Source: Alphaproteobacteria bacterium (GTDB lineage: Bacteria; Pseudomonadota; Alphaproteobacteria; SP197). Taken from it: a DNA stretch of 64,000 nucleotides. The DNA is taken from contig OZ245842.1 in NCBI GenBank assembly GCA_965228895.1, forward strand, positions 2,656,001 through 2,720,000, given 5' to 3'. The position numbers and the translations under genes are program-made. Below the pieces are notes generated by a model, which was not told the origin of the DNA, made no database searches, and saw only the letters and a program-made list of their open reading frames with translations. Below, one piece after another: positions 8,371-18,087 of this stretch (its first letter is position 1; every line of letters begins with the position of its first letter).

Positions 8371-10341
8371 ATGAACGATCTATTTTCCGACCAGAAACCC
8401 GCCAAAAAGTCGAGTTACACCGCCAAGGACATCGAGGTCCTTGAGGGGCTGGAGCCGGTGCGCCGGCGGCCCGCCATGTATATCGGCGGCACCGACGAAG
8501 GCGGCCTGCATCACCTGTTCGCCGAGGTCCTGGACAACGCCATGGACGAGGCGGTCGCCGGCCACGCCAACCGGATCGAGGTCGAGTTGGCCGCCGACGG
8601 CGTCATCACGGTGAAAGACAACGGCCGGGGCATTCCGACCGACCCGCACCCGAAGAACAAGAAACTCTCGGCGCTCGAGGTGATCATGACCACCCTGCAT
8701 GCCGGCGGTAAGTTCTCGGGCAAGGTCTATGCGACCTCCGGCGGCTTGCACGGTGTCGGTGTCTCGGTCGTCAATGCGCTGTCCGACGCGCTGACGGTCG
8801 AGGTTGCGCGCGACAAGAAGCTGTGGCGCCAGACCTATAAACGCGGCAAGCCGACATCGAAGCTGAAGAAGGTCGGCGCGGCGTCCAATCGCCGCGGCAC
8901 GATGATCCGCTTTCATCCCGATCCCGACGTCTTCGGCGAGGCGACGACATTCCGGCCCTCACGCTTGTTCCGCATGGCCCGGTCGAAAGCCTACCTGCAT
9001 CGCGGCGTCGAGATCCGCTGGTCGTGCGCCAAGTCGCTGCTGAAAGACAAGGACGACACGCCGGCCGAGGCGGTGTTTCATTTCCCCGGCGGGCTCGGCG
9101 ATTTCCTGACAGCCATTGTCGGTGACAGAAAGACAGCGACGCCGAAACCGTTTTTGGGCCAGGCTTCGTTGGGTGATGAGGTCGGACGGGTCGAATGGGC
9201 CGTCGCCTGGCCGTTGGACGGCGATGCCTTCACGTCGACCTATTGCAACACGGTACCAACGCCGGAAGGCGGTACCCATGAGAACGGGTTCCGCAACGCC
9301 ATGACCAAGGCGATGCGTGCTTATGGCGTTTTGATCGGCAACAAGAAGGCGGACAAGTTGAACGCAGACGACGTGGCGGGCGATGCCGTCGTGCTGTTCT
9401 CAGCGTTCATTCGCGAACCGCAGTTCCAGGGACAGACCAAAGAAAAGCTGGTCAACCCGGAAGTGACGCGCCTGGTCGAACAGGCGGTACGCGATCATGT
9501 CGATCATTACCTGACCGGCGATCCCGAGGGCGCCAACGCGCTCCTTGAGTTCGCGCTCGAGCGCATGGACGAACGTCAGCGGCGCAAGGCCGAGAAAGAC
9601 GTCAAACGTAAACAGCCAACCCGCAAGCTGCGCCTGCCCGGCAAGCTTGCCGATTGTTCGCGGTCCGGACGCGATGGCACCGAACTCTTCCTGGTCGAGG
9701 GCGATTCCGCCGGCGGCTCGGCAAAACAGGCGCGCAACCGCGAGACCCAGGCCATTCTGCCGTTGCGCGGCAAGATCCTGAACGTCGCCAGCGCGTCGGC
9801 CGACAAGAAGCGCGCCAACCAGGAAATCCAGGATCTCATGCAGGCGATAGGTTGCGGCGCCGGTGACAAGTACCGCGAGGACGACCTGCGCTATGAGCGC
9901 GTCGTTATCATGACCGACGCCGATGTCGACGGCGCCCATATCGCGTCACTCCTGATGACGTTCTTCTTCCGCGAAATCCCGGGCCTGATTGACGACGGCC
10001 ACCTGTTCCTCGCCGTCCCGCCGCTCTACCGCCTGTCGCGCGGCGGCGATGTCGCCTATGCCCGTGACGACGCCCATCGCGAGGAGCTGATGGCCACGCA
10101 GTTCAGCGGCAACGGCAAGGTCGAAGTCAGCCGCTTCAAGGGGCTCGGCGAAATGCCGGTGCGCCAGCTCAAGGAAACGACGATGGACCCGGCGACACGC
10201 ATCCTGCTGCAGGTCGTGGTCGACGACAGCACCCAAAAGCAGACGGCGCGCCAGGTCGAGAGCCTGATGGGCAGAAAGCCCGAACTGCGCTTGAAGTTCA
10301 TCCAGGAGAACGCCGGCCAGGCCGTCGACCTGGATATCTAG
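8371..10341 (+). CDS. parE: DNA topoisomerase IV subunit B
   Basis: LEGLEPVRRRPAMYIGGTD, LHAGGKF, SGGLHGVGVSVVNALS, LVEGDSAGGS, MTDADVDG; 656 aa, ParE-type. Confidence 0.95.
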   Translation: MNDLFSDQKPAKKSSYTAKDIEVLEGLEPVRRRPAMYIGGTDEGGLHHLFAEVLDNAMDEAVAGHANRIEVELAADGVITVKDNGRGIPTDPHPKNKKLSALEVIMTTLHAGGKFSGKVYATSGGLHGVGVSVVNALSDALTVEVARDKKLWRQTYKRGKPTSKLKKVGAASNRRGTMIRFHPDPDVFGEATTFRPSRLFRMARSKAYLHRGVEIRWSCAKSLLKDKDDTPAEAVFHFPGGLGDFLTAIVGDRKTATPKPFLGQASLGDEVGRVEWAVAWPLDGDAFTSTYCNTVPTPEGGTHENGFRNAMTKAMRAYGVLIGNKKADKLNADDVAGDAVVLFSAFIREPQFQGQTKEKLVNPEVTRLVEQAVRDHVDHYLTGDPEGANALLEFALERMDERQRRKAEKDVKRKQPTRKLRLPGKLADCSRSGRDGTELFLVEGDSAGGSAKQARNRETQAILPLRGKILNVASASADKKRANQEIQDLMQAIGCGAGDKYREDDLRYERVVIMTDADVDGAHIASLLMTFFFREIPGLIDDGHLFLAVPPLYRLSRGGDVAYARDDAHREELMATQFSGNGKVEVSRFKGLGEMPVRQLKETTMDPATRILLQVVVDDSTQKQTARQVESLMGRKPELRLKFIQENAGQAVDLDI

Positions 10342-10365
10342 CTAGCTAAGAAAACCAGTCTCAGC

Positions 10366-10968
10366 TCAGAAGTCCCGGCATTCTGGCCTGGTAATCTGAG
10401 CCCGGCAGAATGACGTGTCCTCTTTTTTGGTTTCGCTGGGAAGGTCGTAGTAGCTGCTTGAATGGCTGGGTTCCCACGCTTCGGCAGCATCGGCGTAGGT
10501 GTCGGCGTTAGGCAAGTGTCGATCGATCATCTCTTGCAGGTCAACGATCAGGTCGCGGCCACAGGTGTACCGGCAGATTGTAAGCTGGTTGTCATAGGCT
10601 TCACGCAACGCGAGCCTCATATGACCTGAGGCCTGTCCCGCATAAGTCTCGCCGTAGGCGCTGACCATGAACGCCTGATAGATTGCCAGCACCGAACTTT
10701 GATCGCCGGCAACGCAACTGCACGCGACGGTCCGCCCGAGAAACGTGCCGAGATCATCGGGCGGAGGCGGGCTATCCGCCCACGCCGGGCCGCCCGTGCA
10801 CATCGCAAGAACGGCGGCCAAACAGGCGAGGCGCCGGCAAGCCTTGATGGCGGACGTCAGGGAGCGGGCCCATGTCAGAATTGCCTGCAACTGTCCAAAC
10901 TTAAGCTGCGAATGCATGGCTGGGCCGTTCAGTAACCACTGACCCGGCTCTTTCGGCGCCCCTCGCAT
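10366..10968 (-). CDS. Hypothetical Cys-containing secreted protein (true start probably downstream, near 10850)
   Basis: Signal-peptide-like LAAVLAMCTGGPAWA followed by an acidic domain with several Cys. Confidence 0.55.
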   Translation of the reverse strand: MRGAPKEPGQWLLNGPAMHSQLKFGQLQAILTWARSLTSAIKACRRLACLAAVLAMCTGGPAWADSPPPPDDLGTFLGRTVACSCVAGDQSSVLAIYQAFMVSAYGETYAGQASGHMRLALREAYDNQLTICRYTCGRDLIVDLQEMIDRHLPNADTYADAAEAWEPSHSSSYYDLPSETKKEDTSFCRAQITRPECRDF

Positions 10969-11172
10969 TGGTCACCGGGGAACATGTCCTCAATCGCCGA
11001 GCATGCGGGTAGTTCGTCATCAGACTGGACGGGACTTAGCGGTCGGCCGGATCGTCGAGATCGCGGCATGCGGGCGACTTCGAGCGCCAATAGCAGTCGC
11101 GCCATTGGCCGTAGTTTCCGGTCTCATGGGAACGTGATTGGCGAGACGGTTATGATGGCTTAAATCGAAACT

Positions 11173-11754
11173 ATGACGATCCGCACCCTATTCGGCGCAT
11201 GCTTGGCATTGGCGCTGGCGTCATGTGCCTCCGGCGGGACCGGCGGTACCGTGACCACGAACACCACCGTCAACCCGCTCTACACGCCGGCCCTTTACCA
11301 ATGGGTCGCGGTTGGCCGAGATGTGCCGGTGGAGATTTTCGGCAGGCCCTCGACGATTCCGCCCGAAGTTTGGGGTCCGGCCGTGACCGATGCCATGAAC
11401 GCATCATCTTGGGTCACCGCCGGCAACTTCACGACCACCCCTGACGGTAGCGAACGAGGCAATTTCGACATTGTGCTCGTGTTTGGCGCGACGTCGACAA
11501 TGTGGTCCAAGCAGGCCTGCGAAGGCACCATCGACGTAAGCGCGCTGGGCCCAGTCGACGGCCGTCTGGCCATTCTGGCTGCCTTCTGCAACAACGACCG
11601 CACGATCACGACGACGCGCGTGACGGTCAACGAGTTTGCAAGCGCGAATTCACCGGAGCTTCGCGCGGCGACAGATCAGTTGCTCGTCCATCTGCTGCCA
11701 AAGCGCGAGCCCGACCGGTCCGATCGGCGCGGCGGCCCGCTGATTTTCGACTAG
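11173..11754 (+). CDS. Hypothetical lipoprotein
   Basis: N-terminal hydrophobic stretch with lipobox LASC. Confidence 0.75.
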   Translation: MTIRTLFGACLALALASCASGGTGGTVTTNTTVNPLYTPALYQWVAVGRDVPVEIFGRPSTIPPEVWGPAVTDAMNASSWVTAGNFTTTPDGSERGNFDIVLVFGATSTMWSKQACEGTIDVSALGPVDGRLAILAAFCNNDRTITTTRVTVNEFASANSPELRAATDQLLVHLLPKREPDRSDRRGGPLIFD

Positions 11755-11806
11755 ACGGCCGCCTATCGCATGGCCGGGATCCTGCGAAGCTCGATAACAG
11801 GTTCGC

Positions 11807-12349
11807 TCACCGTATCAGCGAGCTCAGCTCCTTGAAGGCTTCGCCGCCGGCCTCCCGCAGCCACTCGAACAGCACCATTTCGGTGGTGACGATATCGGCG
11901 CCGTGTTGCGCCAGACGTGTCAGGGCGGTGGCTTTGCTGGACGGACACCGGCTTGAAACGGCATCGGCGACCACGGCGATCTGATACCCCTCGCCGATCA
12001 GGTCGTCGGCGGACTGCAGGACACAAACATGGGTCTCGACGCCGGCCAGAACGAATTGGTCGCATCCCAGATCGAGCAGTGCCGCGCGCAAGGCCTCGTC
12101 GGCGAAACAAGAAAACGTCAGCTTGTCATAGACCGGCGCGTCGCCCGCAGCATCACGCACCGGCTCAACCACGTCGCCCAATCCCTTGGGGTATTGACGC
12201 GACAGAATGATCGGAACGACCATGCGGTGGGCCGCACGCATGAGGACGACCGTATTGTCGACCACCTCATCGCGGTCGGCCATGGCAGGCATCAAACGGT
12301 CCTGGACGTCGATAATCAGCAGCGCGCTGCGGGTGTGATCAAGGAGCAT
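11807..12349 (-). CDS. Isochorismatase-family hydrolase
   Basis: LLIIDVQ.RL, QYPKGLG, K..FS, GVETHVCVLQS motifs; start MLLDH at 12349. Confidence 0.9.
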   Translation of the reverse strand: MLLDHTRSALLIIDVQDRLMPAMADRDEVVDNTVVLMRAAHRMVVPIILSRQYPKGLGDVVEPVRDAAGDAPVYDKLTFSCFADEALRAALLDLGCDQFVLAGVETHVCVLQSADDLIGEGYQIAVVADAVSSRCPSSKATALTRLAQHGADIVTTEMVLFEWLREAGGEAFKELSSLIR

Positions 12350-12496
12350 GATGGTGGTGAGACTATCGAATTTGGTAGGCCCGCGCCACGGCCGCATGGT
12401 CGCAAACCGTTGACGCGGGCGGCAAGCGCGGTTATCTAGCCGCAAGCCGAGGCCCACGAGCCACGTGACACCCCTTGGCGTCGCCAACGGACAGGC

Positions 12497-13939
12497 ATGA
12501 TATTTGAAGATTTGGGCTTAGGCCCCGACGTGCTCAAAGCCGTCACCGACGCGGGCTATCGCGTCCCCACAGCCATCCAAGAAAAAGCGATCCCCGTCGC
12601 CTTGCAGGGTCGTGACCTCTTGGGCTGCGCGCAAACCGGCACCGGCAAGACCGCTGCCTTTGTGCTGCCGATGATCGACATTCTTTCCGGCAGCCGGGCC
12701 AAGGCGCGGATGCCGCGCGCGCTGATCCTGTCGCCGACCCGCGAATTGGCCCAGCAGACCTTCGAGAACTTCGAGATCTACGCCAAGAACGCCGAACTGG
12801 ATGGCGCGCTCCTGATCGGCGGCACGTCGATGCGCGACCAGGAAAAGGTCCTGGAGTCCGATATCGATGTCTTGATCGCGACACCGGGCCGCCTGCTCGA
12901 CCTGATCGAGCGCGGCCAGATCTTGATGCGCGGGGTCAAGTTCCTGGTCATCGACGAAGCCGATCGTATGCTCGACATGGGTTTTATCCCGGACGTCGAA
13001 CGCATCGTCGGTTTCCTGCCGCCGCTTCGCCAGACGCTGATGTTCTCGGCGACCATGCCGAAAGAGATCCGCAAGCTGGCCGACAAGTTCCTGCATAATC
13101 CCAAAGAGATCACCGTCGCGCCGCCGGCCTCCCCGGCCGAGATGGTGGAACAGTCGCTGGTGCGTGTCAGCAATGCGCGCGACAAAGGCAAGGCGCTGCG
13201 CACATTGCTGGAAGGCGAAGCCGTCAGCAACGCGATGATCTTCTGTAACCGCAAGCGCGATGTCGACAGCCTGACGCGCTCGCTGCGCCGTTTCGGTTTC
13301 GATGTGGTGCGAATGCAGGGCGACATGGATCAGCGCTCGCGCGAAGCCGCCTTGAGCGCCTTCAAAAGTGGCGAGGCGAAGTTCCTCGTCTGCACCGATG
13401 TGGCCGGCCGCGGCATCGATATCTTCGGGCTTAGCCACGTCTTCTGCTACGACATACCCGTCAACGCCGAGGACTATGTCCATCGTATCGGACGCACCGG
13501 CCGCGCTGGCCATCGTGGCCGCGCCTATGTCTTTGCTACACCAGAAGACAGCAAAGGGTTGGCCGCAATTACGCGCTTGATCCGACGTGACATCGAAGAG
13601 GTCACACTGGACGGCAAACCGAAGCAGAAGGCCGAAGCACCCGCCGAAGCCGTCCAGGAAGAAACCGAAGCCGCGCCGAAGACCGAGAAGACGGGGCGGC
13701 GCAAAAAGGCGGCGCCAAAGCGAGAGGACAAGAGCCAGAAGAAAGCCGACGAGGCCGACGACCAGAAATCTGCGGCCTCGACCGCCGACGACGAACCGGC
13801 CAAGCCGAAGTCACGCCGTCGCCGCGACAAGGACTCCAAAGAAGAAAAGGTGCCCTTCGGTAAGGGCGACCATGTACCCGCCTTCTTGATGCGCTCCATC
13901 GTCATCGACGACGACAGCAAGGACGCGCGTTCAGCATAA
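12497..13939 (+). CDS. DEAD-box RNA helicase (RhlE-like) with charged C-terminal tail
   Basis: AQTGTGKT, PTRELA, TPGRL, DEADRMLDMGF, SAT, HRIGRTGRAG. Confidence 0.95.
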   Translation: MIFEDLGLGPDVLKAVTDAGYRVPTAIQEKAIPVALQGRDLLGCAQTGTGKTAAFVLPMIDILSGSRAKARMPRALILSPTRELAQQTFENFEIYAKNAELDGALLIGGTSMRDQEKVLESDIDVLIATPGRLLDLIERGQILMRGVKFLVIDEADRMLDMGFIPDVERIVGFLPPLRQTLMFSATMPKEIRKLADKFLHNPKEITVAPPASPAEMVEQSLVRVSNARDKGKALRTLLEGEAVSNAMIFCNRKRDVDSLTRSLRRFGFDVVRMQGDMDQRSREAALSAFKSGEAKFLVCTDVAGRGIDIFGLSHVFCYDIPVNAEDYVHRIGRTGRAGHRGRAYVFATPEDSKGLAAITRLIRRDIEEVTLDGKPKQKAEAPAEAVQEETEAAPKTEKTGRRKKAAPKREDKSQKKADEADDQKSAASTADDEPAKPKSRRRRDKDSKEEKVPFGKGDHVPAFLMRSIVIDDDSKDARSA

Positions 13940-13962
13940 GCAACGTTTAGGGGTGACACGCG

Positions 13963-14733
13963 ATGGCGCAAGGCAGCAGGATTCGCGAACGTCTTAACGC
14001 CGGCGAACGCCTCGTCGGCGGTTGGATCACCATGGCCAGTCCAATCGGCGCCGAAATCATGGGTATGGCCGGATTTGACATCCTGATGATCGATCAGGAG
14101 CACGGTCCCGGCGACAGTCTCGCCGCCATCCAGCTGCAGCAAGCGATTGCCGCCGGCAGTTCGACCGCGGCCTTCATGCGCGTGTTCGACAGCGACACAC
14201 AGTTGATCAAACGGGCGCTCGATACCGGCACCGATGGATTGATGGTGCCGATGGTCGAGACCGCCGAGGAGGCAGCGCGTGTCGTCGCCGCCTGCCGCTT
14301 TCCGCCCGAGGGTGTGCGCGGCGTCGCGCCGGGTAACGTCCGCGCAGCGGCCTATGGTTTCAACAAGGATGGATTCATGGCCGCGCGCGGCAGCGACGTT
14401 TTTGTCATCTGCCAGGTCGAGACCGCCGCGACGGTCACAAACCTCGACGACATCGGCAAGGTCGACGGCGTCGACATGCTTTTCATCGGCCGAAATGATC
14501 TGGCCTCCAGCATCGGCCATCTGAACGATCCCAATTGCGCGGAAGCGTTGGAGCTGCGCCAGGAGGCCGAACGCCGCATCAAGGAAGCCGGTCGCAAGCT
14601 GGGCGGCATTCCAGGACCCGGTGATGATGCCCAAGCCATGTTCGACCGTGGCTATGATTTGGTCATTGCGATCGCGGACCACGCCATCTTGCGCGACGGC
14701 GCCGTCGCCTGTGTGACCTCGCTGAAGAGTTAA
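13963..14733 (+). CDS. HpcH/HpaI aldolase family protein
   Basis: IDQEHG, KRALD.G, VPMVET, QVET, FIG.NDL. Confidence 0.9.
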   Translation: MAQGSRIRERLNAGERLVGGWITMASPIGAEIMGMAGFDILMIDQEHGPGDSLAAIQLQQAIAAGSSTAAFMRVFDSDTQLIKRALDTGTDGLMVPMVETAEEAARVVAACRFPPEGVRGVAPGNVRAAAYGFNKDGFMAARGSDVFVICQVETAATVTNLDDIGKVDGVDMLFIGRNDLASSIGHLNDPNCAEALELRQEAERRIKEAGRKLGGIPGPGDDAQAMFDRGYDLVIAIADHAILRDGAVACVTSLKS

Positions 14734-14735
14734 CG

Positions 14736-15407
14736 GTGGCAAAATCCTTCGAACCGATCCTGAAGCGCGCCATCAAACGCACCGGCGGGCTCGACCGGCT
14801 GGAAAAGCAACTGCCCAAACCGAAGTCGGCGCGCCAGTTGAAAGCGGTCAAGGACGACCGCTATCTCTCCCAGATGTGCTTGCGCGTGTTTCGCGCCGGC
14901 CTGAAACATTCGCTGGTCGACAGCAAGTGGCCGGCCTTCGAGGAGGTCTTCCACGGCTTCCAACCCGGCCGCATCACGCTGATGAACGACGAAGACATGG
15001 AAGCCTGCATGGGCAACCGGGCGCTGATCCGCCATTGGGCCAAGATCAGTTCCGTGCGCGACAATGCCGCGGCCTTGCAGTCGATCATCAAACAGCACGG
15101 CAGCTTCGGCGCCTGGCTTGCCGACTGGCCGGTCGATGACATCATTGGCCTGTGGGATACGCTGGCCAAAGACTTCTCGCAGCTCGGTGGCAATTCCGGC
15201 CCCTACTTCCTGCGCATGGTCGGCAAGGACACGTTCGTTCTGACCGGCGATGTCGTGCAGGGCCTGGTCGACGCGAAAGTCGTCGCGAAGAAGCCGACCG
15301 GCAAGGCCGACAAACGCAAGACCCAGGACGCCTTCAACGCCTGGTCGGACGAGACCGGCCGGCCGCTCTGTCAGCTATCCAGGATCCTCGCCTTTTCCGT
15401 CGGCTGA
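14736..15407 (+). CDS. DNA-3-methyladenine glycosylase I family protein
   Basis: VFRAGL..., KWPAFEEVFHGF, IRHWAKI.SVRDNA. Confidence 0.8.
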   Translation: MAKSFEPILKRAIKRTGGLDRLEKQLPKPKSARQLKAVKDDRYLSQMCLRVFRAGLKHSLVDSKWPAFEEVFHGFQPGRITLMNDEDMEACMGNRALIRHWAKISSVRDNAAALQSIIKQHGSFGAWLADWPVDDIIGLWDTLAKDFSQLGGNSGPYFLRMVGKDTFVLTGDVVQGLVDAKVVAKKPTGKADKRKTQDAFNAWSDETGRPLCQLSRILAFSVG

Positions 15408-15413
15408 TTTCGG

Positions 15414-16352
15414 TCAGCCGGGCTGCGGCGCCACAAGCCCTCGCGCCAACAGATCTTGAAACGCTTCAATGGTCATCCGCGTGCCGTCACGAAGCGACAC
15501 GCGCGGCCAGTCGCCAACCACGGCGCGCAGGTCGGCATCCGACTGATCGATCGCAAAACTGGCCGCCTCATTGGGCACGCTGATCTCGGCATCGGGAATG
15601 ACGTCGCGAACGGCGTCAACGATCTCGGTGATGGATGCAGCGTCCCCTTCGAGGTCGCCAACGAATGCGCCCTCGGCCGCATGATCGACGCAGCAGACAA
15701 CGGCCGCGGCGACTTCGTGAACGTGCTGCATGCGCAGGACGCCGTTATAGGGCATGGCGAAGGGCTGGCCGGCGGCCGCCGCCAGCATCGCCTTGGTTGG
15801 TGCCGACGTGAATCCCTGGTCCCGACCCGGTCCGAAAACGGTGTGAGGACGGATCCCGATGCTGGGGACCTGCCAGTCCTGCCAGTAGATCCGCGCGACA
15901 CCCTCGTCAGCCAGCTTGTAAACACCGTAGAGCGTATTGGGGCCGGAAAACCCAGGCCGGGACTGGGCGGCGACGGAGCTGGCGTAGACGAAGTGTTTCA
16001 GGCCGTGCCGGCGCACCGCCTCGAACACGGTCACGGTGCCCGCAACATTGACCATGGCGCCAGCAACCGGATCGGCCTGGCAGAACGGGATTTGGAGCGC
16101 CGCCAGATGCACCAGGCCACCGATCTCGTGGCGCGTCACCAAACCATCGATAGCACCCTCGTCCGTGAGGTCTCCGGTTTCCCAGGTCACCGCGTCAGCC
16201 TGTTCCCGAGGCAGGGCGAGGTAGAGGCGGCGCCGGTCGGAGGCCTTGTCGAACGCGACAACCGGGCGCCCCGCCTTCACCAGATGGGCGACGACCCATG
16301 AGCCGATACAGCCCGCTGCGCCGGTCACCAGGATCGGTGTTTGATCGTCCAT
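15414..16352 (-). CDS. NAD-dependent epimerase/dehydratase (extended SDR)
   Basis: VTGAAGCIG, HLAA, YGVYK (YxxxK). Confidence 0.88.
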   Translation of the reverse strand: MDDQTPILVTGAAGCIGSWVVAHLVKAGRPVVAFDKASDRRRLYLALPREQADAVTWETGDLTDEGAIDGLVTRHEIGGLVHLAALQIPFCQADPVAGAMVNVAGTVTVFEAVRRHGLKHFVYASSVAAQSRPGFSGPNTLYGVYKLADEGVARIYWQDWQVPSIGIRPHTVFGPGRDQGFTSAPTKAMLAAAAGQPFAMPYNGVLRMQHVHEVAAAVVCCVDHAAEGAFVGDLEGDAASITEIVDAVRDVIPDAEISVPNEAASFAIDQSDADLRAVVGDWPRVSLRDGTRMTIEAFQDLLARGLVAPQPG

Positions 16353-16550
16353 GCTCTCTCGTCCCCGCCATCAACCAAGATTCGATGGCATCGAGAGTAG
16401 CTGGCATCAACACCGGTCAGCCACCGGCAAAGCGTGAGGGCTGGTTCTAGAGGCTACTGTGGAGTTGGTGAGAGGACGTCGAAAGCTCGAGACCGGCGGC
16501 AGGCACCTGAGAGGGGGAAGCGGTGGCCGCCGGTCGCGACGCGCCCGGCT

Positions 16551-16808
16551 TCAGGAGAGCTTTCGGTAGACTTGGCACTTCACGATATAGGAGTCCGACG
16601 AAACACCGACCTTGATGAAACGGTTCTCAACCCGTCGGAACGACGGTTCGACGATCAGACCCGCCAGAATGGCGCGATCCATCGCCTCTTGGAATTCATG
16701 CAGCTTCGCCAGCAGCTCATCGGCGATTTCCCGATCGGTCTGCTCCTGAGGCTTCCGCTCAACCTCGACGGGCGACAGATTTTCTGCATACGCCGCTGTC
16801 ATCGTCAT
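16551..16808 (-). CDS. Small hypothetical protein
   Basis: AGGAGG RBS upstream of ATG 16808/16802; natural-looking composition. Confidence 0.7.
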   Translation of the reverse strand: MTMTAAYAENLSPVEVERKPQEQTDREIADELLAKLHEFQEAMDRAILAGLIVEPSFRRVENRFIKVGVSSDSYIVKCQVYRKLS

Positions 16809-16934
16809 GCGCCTCCTTTTGGGCAATCTCCCCGCCGATAACCATCATCGGGGAAGCCTTGCGTTCCGCCGTTCCCAGCGGTTAGTGATTGTTCTGGAGA
16901 TGGCGGCGCCTGTTCCCGGCTCGCGTCGCATCTC

Positions 16935-16949
16935 CTAACGATTGGTTAA
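16935..16949 (-). promoter_or_regulatory. CtrA-like binding site (TTAA-N7-TTAG)
   Basis: Minus strand TTAACCAATCGTTAG in a divergent intergenic region; one mismatch to TTAA-N7-TTAA. Confidence 0.35.
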
Positions 16950-17018
16950 ATTTTGGCGTTTTGGTGGTAGGGAGTCTACGGCTCGTCACCCTTCCCGTGA
17001 CCACCATCACTTGTTCTC

Positions 17019-18074
17019 ATGAACCCCTTCTCCGACAGCCGGATGGATGTTCTGCCCATGCATGTCCTGGTGCCCGATGCAAAGATCGCCAAAACCGCCC
17101 TGTTCACCGATCCTCAGGGCCGATTAACCTTTGATATTCAAAAAGTTAGCGATCTCGGCGAGGTGTCGGACGAGGCGCTCGCGGCGTGCGACGCCTTCTG
17201 TATGTTCAGTGTCATACCGGTGGGCGAAGAGATCATCGACAAACTCTCACGATGCCGCCTGATCGTCAGGGCGGGAGTCGGCTACGACAACGTCGATCTG
17301 GCGGTCGCCAGCGAACGCGGCATTGCCGTCGCCAATGTACCGGATTACGGCATCAACGAGGTCGCCGACCATGCGCTGGCGCTGATGATGACGTTCACGC
17401 GCAGCATTAGCCGGTCAAATCGTCTGCTGCGCGCCGACCCCGAAATCGGATGGGGCTGGCAGCCCGCCATCTTCAACCGGCGCACCTATCGCCGTACCGG
17501 CGGCATCATCGGCCTGGGGCGTATCGGCAGCGCCATGGCGCGGCGCATGCAGGGCCTCGGCATGCAGGTCATGGCCTATGACCCCTACCTGCCCAGCGGC
17601 ATGGAGCTGGCGCTCGGCGTCGAGCGCGTCGCGAGCCTAGAGGCGCTGCTGGGCGCCACCGACATCGTCAGCATCCACGTGCCGCTGACCGACGAAACCC
17701 AGGGCATGATCGGGCGCGATGCGATCGCCGCCATGCGGCCGGATACGATCCTCATCAACACCTCGCGCGGCCCCGTGGTCGACTTCGACGCACTTTATGA
17801 CGGCCTGAAGGACGGCCCCATCGGCTGCGCCGGGCTGGACGTCATGCCGGTCGAGCCGCTCGATACCGACCACCCGCTGATCAAGGCCTGGCTCGCCGGC
17901 GAAGCCTGGCTCGAAGACCGCCTGGTGATGACGCCGCACGCCGCCTTCTTCAGCCCCGACAGCATCGACGACATGCGCACCAAAGCGATCGACCTGATCT
18001 CCGACTACCTGGGCGGCGGCGCGTTGCGCAACTGCGTCAACGGCGACCTGCTGGCGCCGGCGGACCGGCGTTAG
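17019..18074 (+). CDS. D-isomer-specific 2-hydroxyacid dehydrogenase (CtBP-like)
   Basis: RAGVGYDNVD, NVPDYG, GLGRIG, HVPLT, INTSRG, TPHAAF; start may be 17058. Confidence 0.9.
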   Translation: MNPFSDSRMDVLPMHVLVPDAKIAKTALFTDPQGRLTFDIQKVSDLGEVSDEALAACDAFCMFSVIPVGEEIIDKLSRCRLIVRAGVGYDNVDLAVASERGIAVANVPDYGINEVADHALALMMTFTRSISRSNRLLRADPEIGWGWQPAIFNRRTYRRTGGIIGLGRIGSAMARRMQGLGMQVMAYDPYLPSGMELALGVERVASLEALLGATDIVSIHVPLTDETQGMIGRDAIAAMRPDTILINTSRGPVVDFDALYDGLKDGPIGCAGLDVMPVEPLDTDHPLIKAWLAGEAWLEDRLVMTPHAAFFSPDSIDDMRTKAIDLISDYLGGGALRNCVNGDLLAPADRR

Positions 18075-18087
18075 ACCCCACCGGCGG

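Noticed and set aside
16430-16560. Glycine riboswitch (GGAGAG/CAGG-like words)
   Set aside because: Core elements are not in the right order, and the region is not upstream of a co-oriented glycine-related gene
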